Shown: one piece after another, positions 39,243 through 48,377 of the stretch
Layout of the letters: each line of letters begins with the position of its first letter
How positions within the stretch are numbered: position 1 is the first letter of the stretch
DNA from: Escherichia phage PP01
Sequence record: NC_054930.1
Strand: one strand, 5' to 3'
Length of the DNA stretch: 64,000 bases
Notes under the pieces: model-generated
What the model was told of the DNA's origin: nothing
Databases searched by the model: none
Seen by the model: the letters and a program-made list of their open reading frames with translations, nothing else
Position numbers and translations under genes: made by a program

Positions 39243-39569
39243 TTATACCTTAGTAATTTTCAGGTCTGCAAATTTTTTCTTGCGTTGATTTTTCATACGA
39301 CGAATAGTTTTATCGGAAATTTCATGCTTTTGATAAGCTTTAGATTCTACACCAAAAGCTTTAACATCAAATTCTGACAAGATATATTGAACCAACAATT
39401 CACGGACAGTATTTCGTCCAATTTTCTGATCATTCTGTTTCATCGTCTGATGAAGCTCTTTTTCCCATTTATCCAAAATTTGAGGAGTTACAATATCGCC
39501 TTTTTCTAGCAAAGAAACTACTTTATCATATGCGTAAGAATTGATGGCGTTTTTAATTTGAATAGTCAT
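39243..39569 (-). CDS. hypothetical protein
   Basis: 108-aa ORF. Confidence 0.45.
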   Translation of the reverse strand: MTIQIKNAINSYAYDKVVSLLEKGDIVTPQILDKWEKELHQTMKQNDQKIGRNTVRELLVQYILSEFDVKAFGVESKAYQKHEISDKTIRRMKNQRKKKFADLKITKV

Positions 39570-39604
39570 ACATTATCCTCAATTACGTTAAAATTTTATT
39601 ATCC

Positions 39605-39621
39605 AAAAAGGGCCGAAGCCC
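39605..39621 (-). terminator. rho-independent terminator
   Basis: GGGC-CGAA-GCCC stem followed by TTTTT on the minus strand. Confidence 0.6.
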
Positions 39622-39822
39622 TTAGCTAAACTGTTTGGCACCCTTCCAGCCTTCGTACATCATTGCGACTGACAATGACAAAGCTCCTTCGCATGCTGCA
39701 TACTTATTATTCCAGAACCAATTTAGAAAAACTTCATCCTCAATACCATTGTGTTTCATGTTCTGGAAAAATTTGGCGCGTTCTTCACGAAGCTTTTGCG
39801 ATAACATAGATTCAGGATTCAT
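39622..39822 (-). CDS. small hypothetical protein
   Basis: 66-aa ORF followed by terminator. Confidence 0.45.
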   Translation of the reverse strand: MNPESMLSQKLREERAKFFQNMKHNGIEDEVFLNWFWNNKYAACEGALSLSVAMMYEGWKGAKQFS

Positions 39823-39961
39823 TTAAATTTTCCAGTTACCGTTTTCATCAATAAATTTAATCCAGTCATTTACTGACCACTTAGTTGTATCGCCTTTTGG
39901 AGTAACATTTAAAGTATATAGCCCTTGCTTAAAAAGCATTCGTTTGATATTCATATTTTCC

Positions 39962-40294
39962 TCAGCTGTAACGATAGCACTCGTTTGATTTACGCTTAGC
40001 AACTAGTTGAGAAGTATTATAATCAAAATCATCGTCAATGTAAACTGATTTTTTCAACTTTCTTACTTCACCACGTAATTGGCGATTTAGCTCATCTTTA
40101 ACTTCTGAATCAATACCTTTCATTCTACGCCATTTATCTGAGCGAAAAATGTTTTCAACCATATCTTTATGACTTACACCGTCTGGAGCTTTACGCTTTC
40201 CAAAATAGTCATAATCACGCACTTTTAAGTCTTTACGACGATACGTTTTACCCATGGAGTTTAATTTCCTTAGCAACTGAACTAAATGCAGCAC
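39962..40294 (-). CDS. basic hypothetical protein
   Basis: 110-aa ORF (likely start at internal Met 40255). Confidence 0.4.
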   Translation of the reverse strand: MLHLVQLLRKLNSMGKTYRRKDLKVRDYDYFGKRKAPDGVSHKDMVENIFRSDKWRRMKGIDSEVKDELNRQLRGEVRKLKKSVYIDDDFDYNTSQLVAKRKSNECYRYS

Positions 40295-40430
40295 GATCGC
40301 AAATCATGCGTTTATGTAACTTGAGTATAATATAGCAAACTTCAAAACTATTTACATGAGTAACACGAACAGCATTACCATTAATGAGATAATACTGTCC
40401 CTTTTTAATTTCTTTATCAACCACAACCAT
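40248..40430 (-). CDS. small hypothetical protein
   Basis: 60-aa ORF downstream of early promoter at 40461-40490. Confidence 0.35.
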   Translation of the reverse strand: MVVVDKEIKKGQYYLINGNAVRVTHVNSFEVCYIILKLHKRMICDRAAFSSVAKEIKLHG

Positions 40431-40460
40431 ATCAAATCCTCAAAGGCAATTCATATGTTA

Positions 40461-40490
40461 ATAATACCACGGTTTGAACTTGTTGTAAAC
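40461..40490 (-). promoter_or_regulatory. early promoter
   Basis: GTTTAC, 18 bp, TATTAT with GTGG. Confidence 0.5.
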
Positions 40491-40569
40491 AACTTTGTGA
40501 AAAATATTTTAGGGAATGACAAGAAGGGAACGATAGCTTAGAATGGTAATATACAGAATGCGAGAAAGA

Positions 40570-40586
40570 AAGGCCCAGAGGGCCCG
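40570..40586 (-). terminator. terminator-like hairpin after nrdH
   Basis: GGCCC-AGA-GGGCC stem with T-rich minus-strand tail. Confidence 0.45.
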
Positions 40587-40588
40587 TC

Positions 40589-40912
40589 TTAATCTTCTAT
40601 GATATCTCTATCATATCCAAGTGAAATGAGAGTTTCTTTGAAGTGTTTAATGTTCTTTTGTCTAGAATCATTAATGAAAATGACTGGATAACGAATGTTA
40701 AGAGATGTGAATCCAGCGCGTTTAGCAAGAGATACAATCAGCGGACGATCATACTCAATCTTACCATTATTTGTAAGAACTTTATAGAAAGTAAAAGGAG
40801 CATTGAGCTCCTTTAGAAGTTTTGTAACTGATTGACATCCAGGACAACGACCTACTTCATCTGGAATTCCATAGACTTCAATCTTATTCTTTAAGTTCGA
40901 GTTTTGTTCCAC
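40589..40912 (-). CDS. nrdH: NrdH-like glutaredoxin
   Basis: CPGC redox motif; ORF track reports 40589-41041 but probable GTG start at 40912 with AGGA upstream (about 107 aa). Confidence 0.55.
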   Translation of the reverse strand: MEQNSNLKNKIEVYGIPDEVGRCPGCQSVTKLLKELNAPFTFYKVLTNNGKIEYDRPLIVSLAKRAGFTSLNIRYPVIFINDSRQKNIKHFKETLISLGYDRDIIED

Positions 40913-41195
40913 GAGAAATAATTCCTTGGTAAGCCCAATAAGGAGGATTAACAGAATCCTCACCAGAGTTTTCTTCAGGAAAATAAACCTGGATAACGAA
41001 GCCGGATTCATCAAAGGTAAAATAAACCGTAGGCAGTTCACCTAACAAATCGGCACGAGCGTTGATTTCTTCGAGGTCTTGTTCACGTCCAGCCCAGAAG
41101 CTTGGGTTCAGACTACATTCATAGAAATAATAGTCATTACCGAACATATCAAAACCATTCCAACTCTCTACTACATACCGCTCAAAACTAATCAT
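40884..41195 (-). CDS. hypothetical protein
   Basis: 103-aa ORF. Confidence 0.45.
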   Translation of the reverse strand: MISFERYVVESWNGFDMFGNDYYFYECSLNPSFWAGREQDLEEINARADLLGELPTVYFTFDESGFVIQVYFPEENSGEDSVNPPYWAYQGIISRGTKLELKE

Positions 41196-41197
41196 AA

Positions 41198-41413
41198 TTA
41201 AGCCTTTTTATCAAGAACAGCATTCAGCTTATTAGTAATTTTATCCAGACGCTCATTGAACTCACTAGAAGATAGTCCTTTTTCTGGAGAAATCAAACTA
41301 ATCACGAAAAATATAGCAATAAAAGGAATAAGGAAAATAGCTCCAACTGCCATAAACAAAAAGAATGTTACGGTTGTAAGAAAATCAGCTAAACCTTTAC
41401 GAAATTTATACAT
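41198..41413 (-). CDS. small membrane protein
   Basis: 71 aa with hydrophobic helix. Confidence 0.45.
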   Translation of the reverse strand: MYKFRKGLADFLTTVTFFLFMAVGAIFLIPFIAIFFVISLISPEKGLSSSEFNERLDKITNKLNAVLDKKA

Positions 41414-41528
41414 ATTTTACCCTTAATTAATTAACCAAGCATTGATAAGCACTAAACTATATTGGGAATAAAATTCTGGACCAAAATGAAAAATCATATC
41501 ATTTATAGTATCCATAATGTAATTCAAT

Positions 41529-41999
41529 TTAATCATGTTTCCACACCCCATCGGTATTTGACCAAAGTCGCTGATTATCTGATCCTCGCCACAGCTTTTT
41601 GGTCGGAAGATTTTTCTCATACTTCCCATCAATAATAACATCAACATATTTAAGCATTTCTAGTTGTTTAATATCTTCAAACTTATATCCTGTCCACAAC
41701 CAAATGCTTTTATTTGGATAAAGATTTTTTACTGTTTGAACAATGCAATGAACAACATCTCGGTTATCAGGATAGAGAGGGTCTCCTCCAGTTATAGTTA
41801 ATCCTTCTATATAATCATTATTCAAACATTCAATTAATTGTTCCAGCGTTTCACCAGTGAATGGAATGCCATTTCTAGCATTCCATGTTGATTTATTATA
41901 ACACCCTTCACATTTATGCAAACAACCTGTAACGAAAAGAACGACCCTGCAACCAGGGCCATTCACAAAGCAGCACGGGTATATTCTGTCATAATTCAT
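41529..41999 (-). CDS. nrdG: anaerobic ribonucleotide reductase activating protein (radical SAM)
   Basis: CxxxCxxC radical SAM cluster motif (CLHKCEGC); start at Met 41999 (about 156 aa). Confidence 0.85.
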   Translation of the reverse strand: MNYDRIYPCCFVNGPGCRVVLFVTGCLHKCEGCYNKSTWNARNGIPFTGETLEQLIECLNNDYIEGLTITGGDPLYPDNRDVVHCIVQTVKNLYPNKSIWLWTGYKFEDIKQLEMLKYVDVIIDGKYEKNLPTKKLWRGSDNQRLWSNTDGVWKHD

Positions 42000-42826
42000 A
42001 ATAATATCCAATTTTTCCAAGCTTCATCAGTAGAATTACAGCGTTTTAGTATAAGATGTCTAGAAACTTTTATGGCATTTGAGCACTTTTTAATTGAATC
42101 ATATTTAATACCGTCAACTGAAACGGTTTTGCTAGTTGGAGAAATTTTTCCATACATTGGATTTTTTGAACCAACTTGAAGTCCTTTTAAAGCTTTTGAA
42201 AGCTTTTGTCTAGATTCCAATGACATGGGAGAATTCTTTTTACCTTCAATAATTCGCTTGCGATGAAGTTCGCGTTCTTCTTCACTCAAAGAATTGTAAT
42301 ATTTTTTAACACCGTTTGATATAGATAATTTATCTTTCTCAGACCGCTCTCCAGCTAATTTACTTCTAACATCTTTTCGCTTCATAGCTATGCTTACGGC
42401 TTTATTTAAATTTGCTTGATGCTCTGGCGTACGTTTATATTTCTTTAAAGCACGTGAAATAGCTATTTTAGTTTCTTCTGTTCTCTTTTTACCTTTATTT
42501 GCTAAACTATTTTTGCGGCGATGTTCAAGTGTCTGTTCATAGGCAGTTCCACCTTTTCCACCAGGTTTAATATTATATGTATTTTCTTTTAGACAATACT
42601 CTTCGGTTACAAGTTCAGCTTCTTTATCATACATTTGTTTTTCATTATCAAAAACATGTAAAATTTCTTTATTAAAATTTTTTCTACCATATTTTAATAA
42701 AGCGGCACGAATCAATGTTCCTGACCCCATATAACCGTCATTTATGTTATCGGTGCTATGCGCACCGATATATTCCTTTGAATTAATTATATTTGTTATT
42801 TTATAAATTATATAATACCTATGCAT
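41996..42826 (-). CDS. free-standing GIY-YIG homing endonuclease (Seg-like)
   Basis: 276 aa; GIY-YIG motif YIIYKITN...KEYIGAHS; basic C-terminal DNA-binding repeats; inserted between nrdG and nrdD. Confidence 0.7.
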   Translation of the reverse strand: MHRYYIIYKITNIINSKEYIGAHSTDNINDGYMGSGTLIRAALLKYGRKNFNKEILHVFDNEKQMYDKEAELVTEEYCLKENTYNIKPGGKGGTAYEQTLEHRRKNSLANKGKKRTEETKIAISRALKKYKRTPEHQANLNKAVSIAMKRKDVRSKLAGERSEKDKLSISNGVKKYYNSLSEEERELHRKRIIEGKKNSPMSLESRQKLSKALKGLQVGSKNPMYGKISPTSKTVSVDGIKYDSIKKCSNAIKVSRHLILKRCNSTDEAWKNWILL

Positions 42827-44636
42827 GTTTTACTCGTTTTACCATTTCTTTCATTTTACCTAAATTCCATGGAACAACGCTAGGAGTTCCAAGATAACCG
42901 CATGTTCTTCTTATGGTGTTCATCTTTTTAGGATCAGTTTCTCCACAAATAGAACAAACAAATCCGTTTTCAGTAGGAGTCATTTCATGGGTACTTCCAC
43001 ACGTAAAACATTTATCTACCGGCATGTTAACACCAAAATAATCTAAATGTTGTGCAGCATAATCCCATACGGCCTCAAGACCCTTTAAGTTATTTTTCAT
43101 ATCAGGAAGTTCAACATAAGAAATGTGACCGCCTGTCGCAATGAAATGATATGGCGCTTCACGAGAAATCTTTTCAAACGGAGTAATATTTTCTTCTACT
43201 GAAACATGGAAACTGTTAGTGTACCAGCCTTTATCGGTAACATCTTTTACGCTTCCATATTTTTCTGTATCGAGTTTACAGAAGCGATAACAAAGGTTTT
43301 CAGCAGGAGTAGAATACAAGCTAAAAGCAAAACCGGTTCTTTCAGTCCACTGCTTAAGACGAGCATTCATTTTAGTCAAAATTTCCTGTCCAATATCACG
43401 ACCGACAAGAATATTCAATTCGTGAATACCAATGTATCCTAGGGACACTGAACTTCTACCGTTTTTAAATAACTCAATTATGTCGTCATCAGGTTTAAGA
43501 CGAACCCCGAATGCACCTTCTTGGTAAAGAATAGGAGCAACAGTCGCTTTAACTCCTTTTAAGGAACTAATTCTACACATCAAAGCTTCAAAACACAAAT
43601 CCATACGTTCATTGAATAATTCAACAAATTTCTGTTCATTGAACTGTGTTCCAATATAAGAATCTAACGCGATGCGAGGAAGATTCAGTGTTACAACACC
43701 AAGATTATTACGTCCATCAAGAATTTCATTACCAGTCGAATCTTTCCATACGCTCAAGAAACTACGGCAACCCATTGGAGAAACAGGAACAGATGAACCA
43801 GTGATAGCTTTATTGTTCTTAGCTGAAATAATATCAGGATACATCCTTTTGCTTGCACACTCTAGAGCAAGCTGCTTAATATCATAGTTCGGATCGTCTT
43901 TATAAAGATTAACACCTTCTTCAACGAACATAACAAGTTTAGGGAAAATAGGAGTTATCCCATCACGACCAAGACCTTTAATACGATTTTTCAGAATTGC
44001 TTTCTGAATCATTCGTTCAGTCCAGTCAGTTCCCGTACCAAATGTAATTGTTACAAAAGGCGTTTGTCCGTTTGAACTAAAGAGAGTATTTACTTCATAT
44101 TCATAAGCTTGGAACGCATCGTATACGTCTTTTTCTGTTTTAGATTGGGCATAATTCAACGCGTCAGCGATTTGCCATTTTTCTGCATCCTCAATATGTT
44201 TTGCATAGGTGCGTTTAACATAAGGAGAAAGGACTTTATCTACATTCGCAAAAGTCGTTCCACCGTATTGATGGGAAGCAACCTGTGCAGTAATTTGTGC
44301 CATAATTGCAGTAGCAACACCGATTGATTTAGGAGTTTCAATCTGTGCATTACCGAGCTTAAATCCGTTCTCAAGCATTCCTTTTAAATCTACTAAACAG
44401 CAATTAGTAAATGGAAGAGCAGGGGAATAATCAATATCATGGAAATGAATAATTCCGCTTTCATGCGCTTTCATAATAAAAGACGGGACCATATTTTTGG
44501 CAATGTGTTTAGACACAATACCAGCCATAAGGTCCCGTTGAGTTGGAAAAACACGAGAATCTTTATTAGCATTCTCGTTTAAAAGGTCTTTATTAGTTTT
44601 ATGAATCAATCCTTCAATTTCTTTTTCAATTGTCAT
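42819..44636 (-). CDS. nrdD: anaerobic ribonucleoside-triphosphate reductase (glycyl radical enzyme), intron-less
   Basis: 605 aa continuous ORF; C-terminal glycyl radical motif RTCGYLG; Zn ribbon CFTCGS...CSICG. Confidence 0.92.
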   Translation of the reverse strand: MTIEKEIEGLIHKTNKDLLNENANKDSRVFPTQRDLMAGIVSKHIAKNMVPSFIMKAHESGIIHFHDIDYSPALPFTNCCLVDLKGMLENGFKLGNAQIETPKSIGVATAIMAQITAQVASHQYGGTTFANVDKVLSPYVKRTYAKHIEDAEKWQIADALNYAQSKTEKDVYDAFQAYEYEVNTLFSSNGQTPFVTITFGTGTDWTERMIQKAILKNRIKGLGRDGITPIFPKLVMFVEEGVNLYKDDPNYDIKQLALECASKRMYPDIISAKNNKAITGSSVPVSPMGCRSFLSVWKDSTGNEILDGRNNLGVVTLNLPRIALDSYIGTQFNEQKFVELFNERMDLCFEALMCRISSLKGVKATVAPILYQEGAFGVRLKPDDDIIELFKNGRSSVSLGYIGIHELNILVGRDIGQEILTKMNARLKQWTERTGFAFSLYSTPAENLCYRFCKLDTEKYGSVKDVTDKGWYTNSFHVSVEENITPFEKISREAPYHFIATGGHISYVELPDMKNNLKGLEAVWDYAAQHLDYFGVNMPVDKCFTCGSTHEMTPTENGFVCSICGETDPKKMNTIRRTCGYLGTPSVVPWNLGKMKEMVKRVKHA

Positions 44637-45106
44637 TTTAAACTCTTTCTAAGCTGCTTCTTAAATGAAGCTATTAATTGTGTTTTAGTGTCAGATTCAT
44701 TATATTCAAATCCTCTTTGAAGCATCTCAGCCATCATTTCCTCTTTTCCTAAACGAGAAAATTCCTTTGATTTATCTCCAACGAAGTTAGGGTGAATATT
44801 ATTTTGGGTGTAATCGGATTTTAAATAAGTAAGTAAATTTTCTAGCCATTCAAGATAATCAACACCTTGTCCCTTTAAGCCAGAACGATTGAATTTATGC
44901 TTCATTTGACCTTCTGCAGCATTACAGAGATTACATAGCAACCCACGTACCTTTCCTGCTTTTGGTCCATTTAATTCATGGTCATGGTCAAGGTGATTAG
45001 CTTGAACATCAGGATTTAGTTCTCGTTGGCAAATTAAGCATTTACCGTTTTGTGCATCATAAAATTTCTGTTTTTCTTCTTTGTATAATTTGCCAGTCAA
45101 TAACAT
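44633..45106 (-). CDS. 49: endonuclease VII (Holliday junction resolvase)
   Basis: 157 aa as in T4 gp49; Cys-rich Zn site and HNH-like core. Confidence 0.88.
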   Translation of the reverse strand: MLLTGKLYKEEKQKFYDAQNGKCLICQRELNPDVQANHLDHDHELNGPKAGKVRGLLCNLCNAAEGQMKHKFNRSGLKGQGVDYLEWLENLLTYLKSDYTQNNIHPNFVGDKSKEFSRLGKEEMMAEMLQRGFEYNESDTKTQLIASFKKQLRKSLK

Positions 45107-45145
45107 AATAAAACCCTTACCTTGAATAGATAAGGGTATTTATTA
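45107..45145 (-). promoter_or_regulatory. hairpin abutting the gene 49 translation start
   Basis: CCCTTA...TAAGGG stem immediately 5' of the gene 49 ATG; T4 gene 49 is known to be controlled by RBS sequestration on the early transcript. Confidence 0.45.
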
Positions 45146-45148
45146 TTT

Positions 45149-45325
45149 TCAAGTATTGTAAAACATTCGATGCAATCGCTTATATTGTCGAATCATCTTT
45201 TTAGTAGGACGAGAATAAGTTCCTATACAAGTGGTCATATTAGGGTCAGTAGGACTTCCTTTAATAAAAAGTTTCCAAACCTTACCGCCATTTAACTTTT
45301 CAGTATAAATTAATTCGGTTTTCAT
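45149..45325 (-). CDS. small hypothetical protein
   Basis: 58-codon ORF found by hand; TAATG overlap with upstream stop; followed by hairpin. Confidence 0.35.
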   Translation of the reverse strand: MKTELIYTEKLNGGKVWKLFIKGSPTDPNMTTCIGTYSRPTKKMIRQYKRLHRMFYNT

Positions 45326-45789
45326 TAAAACGCTCGGTCAGAAAAAGAAATTTGAGTTTCAAGCCATTCAATATATTCTGCCGCAGCTTGCATCAAATTT
45401 CCTTCATAACCATCGTTATTTTCTTGTGCAGCTAATTTAGCTAATGCATATGAAATGCGTTCACCTTGAAAAGCGGCTTTAGGTTTATGAATAACTTGAT
45501 CAACTCGTTCTACGACCTCTTCAATTTCGCCATTTTCTGTGGATTCAGTATTCCACAAGCACCAATACGTAATTGGCTTATCATAGATGTTAATAATCTT
45601 TCCATCAGAAAGTTCAATTTCAATAATTCCAGTATCAGGTTCTATATCATCTTCGCATTCTTTTGCAAGTTCACGAACTTTAAAGACAGTACCTGCACTA
45701 AGTTCCGGCCAGTAATTACACAGCCCTTTATCAGCACGATTAATTCTAAACCACTTATCTACTGTAATCATGTCCCATCTCCATATCAA
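45325..45789 (-). CDS. hypothetical protein (pin-region)
   Basis: 154-aa ORF (probable start at Met 45771). Confidence 0.45.
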   Translation of the reverse strand: MIWRWDMITVDKWFRINRADKGLCNYWPELSAGTVFKVRELAKECEDDIEPDTGIIEIELSDGKIINIYDKPITYWCLWNTESTENGEIEEVVERVDQVIHKPKAAFQGERISYALAKLAAQENNDGYEGNLMQAAAEYIEWLETQISFSDRAF

Positions 45790-45894
45790 TTAAGTCATTT
45801 ATCGTTGGTTCATTATATACTGTTTCTTCATCAGTGTAAACCGGTTCTTCCGGCTCTGGCTCTACAGTTTCCCATCTAGCCGCCCACCAGGGTT

Positions 45895-46215
45895 TTATAG
45901 CGTAATCCATTCTCGTATTGTCTGAGTTACTACGCGTTCACGAGGCTCGACTAGTTCAACAGTTGGAACTGCATAATACCAGTCAGAATGGTAAGAACCT
46001 GAGCGAGATTCATTTACGGAAACATGTACATTATGTTTCGGACTAAAATAAACGCACTGCCGATATTGGCATTTGCCATCTTGTACCCAATCTTCTATTT
46101 CGACAGGTTTAAGATAATCCGAAAAATCGAAATCATAATTTTCTGAAAATGCATCATGGTCTTCGATGATTTCACTCAGAACTGCATCAACATCTAATTT
46201 ATTTTCAATAGTCAT
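45895..46215 (-). CDS. hypothetical protein
   Basis: 106-aa ORF. Confidence 0.45.
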   Translation of the reverse strand: MTIENKLDVDAVLSEIIEDHDAFSENYDFDFSDYLKPVEIEDWVQDGKCQYRQCVYFSPKHNVHVSVNESRSGSYHSDWYYAVPTVELVEPRERVVTQTIREWITL

Positions 46216-46226
46216 TTGTCACCACT

Positions 46227-46436
46227 TTAATTTCGCAATTTATTAAGTTCTTCATAATCAATCCAGGATTCTAATCCTGATGGCAAATCAGATTCAATTT
46301 CCCAAAGAAGCTCTTCAATTTTCTGAAGACGATCTAATTCTTCGGCAGGAATAGTAACCATTGACGGAGTTCTTGATACACTAATATCGTAAATCATATT
46401 TACCCCAGTTTGACCATGCAATCGCCATATTTCCAT
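46227..46436 (-). CDS. small hypothetical protein
   Basis: 69-aa ORF. Confidence 0.4.
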   Translation of the reverse strand: MEIWRLHGQTGVNMIYDISVSRTPSMVTIPAEELDRLQKIEELLWEIESDLPSGLESWIDYEELNKLRN

Positions 46437-46615
46437 TTAGAAATAGACTTTTCACCGTTAGAATAATAAACTTCGAGTTTAGCACGATTATTTTTAATTT
46501 GAATAACCTTTGCTGTCATCAAAGTTCCATACCCGTAATAAACTGCAACCTCATCACCTACATATACCGCGCTTCCGCGGTAGTCATGGATATAATCAGT
46601 TCCTTCGAGCATCAT
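46400..46615 (-). CDS. small hypothetical protein
   Basis: 71-aa ORF overlapping the nrdC stop. Confidence 0.4.
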   Translation of the reverse strand: MMLEGTDYIHDYRGSAVYVGDEVAVYYGYGTLMTAKVIQIKNNRAKLEVYYSNGEKSISKWKYGDCMVKLG

Positions 46616-46875
46616 TTAAAGTATTCCCGCAATTGGTCAAATCCACCAATATGACTTCCATCAGGAGCAAATACTTGTGGCATTGTCAACCCAATTTGAG
46701 TATCACGACCTAGTTTCGTCAGAAGCTCAGCGATTTTCTCATCATCAAAAACACCTTTTTCCGGCATAATGTTGATAAATTCAAATGGCTGTTTCTTCAC
46801 AGTCAAGAGACGTTTTGCATTATCGCAATACACACATTTATGGATGCTGCTATCATAACCATATACTTTAAACAT
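46612..46875 (-). CDS. nrdC: thioredoxin/glutaredoxin NrdC
   Basis: 87 aa as in T4 NrdC; CVYC active site. Confidence 0.88.
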   Translation of the reverse strand: MFKVYGYDSSIHKCVYCDNAKRLLTVKKQPFEFINIMPEKGVFDDEKIAELLTKLGRDTQIGLTMPQVFAPDGSHIGGFDQLREYFK

Positions 46876-46876
46876 A

Positions 46877-47119
46877 TTATTCCTTAATTCCTAGTACTTG
46901 TTTAAAAGTCTCGTCGTAATCAAGACTTTGACCTGTTTGTTCTTTATGTTTGTATATAATATCACTTACTTCTGATAGCATATTTTTATATGAACGAGTT
47001 AAAGCAGATTTAAGCACGCTATATCTATCAGGAAATTTACCGTGTTCATTATAATACGCTATTGCTAATTCACGGACTGCCTTTTCAGCAGTCTCCATAT
47101 ATTCTTTACGCTTTGTCAT
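46877..47119 (-). CDS. small hypothetical protein (nrdC.1 position)
   Basis: 80-aa ORF. Confidence 0.45.
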
Positions 47120-47402
47120 TTTCTTCTCGGTTAAATCGGTGTTTGCAATGACGGCATTTATAACGAAGATTACTAGTCTGCCAATGAACTAATTGTACCT
47201 GTTCGGTACCACATTCAGGACAATTAGGAACGTTTTTAGAAGCCCTTTCGCGACGTTCAACCATAGCCATAATGGCATCCCAAGCTGGAGGTTTAAAATC
47301 TAAATCGTCAGTAACTAGCAGTCCTTTATCAAACCCAGCGCATGGAGTCCATTCAGGAAAATCTGAAGCTTCGGCAATATCTTCTAATAAACGCTTTTTC
47401 AT
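47106..47402 (-). CDS. zinc-ribbon protein
   Basis: 98 aa; CPECGTEQ...CRHCKH. Confidence 0.45.
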
Positions 47403-48325
47403 TTCAGTACCTCAATAGCATCACGTAAACCATTTGCTTTGGCGGTTAAAGCCTTAATAACTTTAGTATGCTCTTCAATCTGTTTTTCAACTTCAATCAA
47501 ACGAGCACTGAGATATTCGCGTTCTTCTTTCATAGTATCATTCCCATGATTAGGCTTTGGCGTAGGTTTAAATTTACTAGGGTCCTTTAACTTAATAACA
47601 ACTTTAGTTTCAAACAGTGAAAGACCATAATTCGTATTATCATCAAAGGATTCAACTACGTCCATTTTAGACAATAACGTGCGAAGATTATAAGTCAAAG
47701 AACGAATCGTTTTATTATGTTTATTAGCTTCACATGGTTTCATATATGGAAGATTTTTATATATTTCATGTGGAGCACAAACAATAATTGACAATTCAAA
47801 TGGTCCATTCTGTGATGATGGAATGAATTTAGCCGTAACCCAATCTTTTACATTTACATTAATAGTACGGTCATCGCCATGACAAAACAGTCTACGAGAA
47901 TGCTTAAAAAGCATATTCACATTATTATTAAATTCATGTGAAAACTCACTAGCAAATTTTTCTTTACTATTTTTAGAAAACCATTCTTCTAAATAAGTTC
48001 TTTTCACGTCATTAATAATATTAAATGTAACAACATTAGCATTTGATACATTAGTCTCAATGTAGCTTGGATACATAAATTTTTTAACATTATTAACAGC
48101 TATCACAGAAGATAGTAATCGGGAACGTTTGAACCACTCTAGCAAAGAACCAAGAGAATGTGAATACGCATTTTGTGTATCTTTACAAATATGGTTTTCC
48201 CATCCAATATAGTCTAAAAAATCACGAAGAATATTATTGATTACTGCTCTATGTCCTATCTGATAATTACGATGTTTAGTAATAAGACTGTCAAAATAAT
48301 CAATATAATGTTTACGAGTTTTCAT
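47399..48325 (-). CDS. hypothetical protein with C-terminal coiled coil
   Basis: 308-aa ORF; last about 40 aa heptad-like. Confidence 0.5.
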   Translation of the reverse strand: MKTRKHYIDYFDSLITKHRNYQIGHRAVINNILRDFLDYIGWENHICKDTQNAYSHSLGSLLEWFKRSRLLSSVIAVNNVKKFMYPSYIETNVSNANVVTFNIINDVKRTYLEEWFSKNSKEKFASEFSHEFNNNVNMLFKHSRRLFCHGDDRTINVNVKDWVTAKFIPSSQNGPFELSIIVCAPHEIYKNLPYMKPCEANKHNKTIRSLTYNLRTLLSKMDVVESFDDNTNYGLSLFETKVVIKLKDPSKFKPTPKPNHGNDTMKEEREYLSARLIEVEKQIEEHTKVIKALTAKANGLRDAIEVLK

Positions 48326-48377
48326 GTTCTTCTCACTTGGTTAATGATTTATACTCCGAGCCATCCTTGGCTTTAAA

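Noticed and set aside
42819-44636. Group I intron / I-TevIII in nrdD
   Set aside because: nrdD is one uninterrupted 605-codon ORF; no intron-sized interruption or internal endonuclease ORF.
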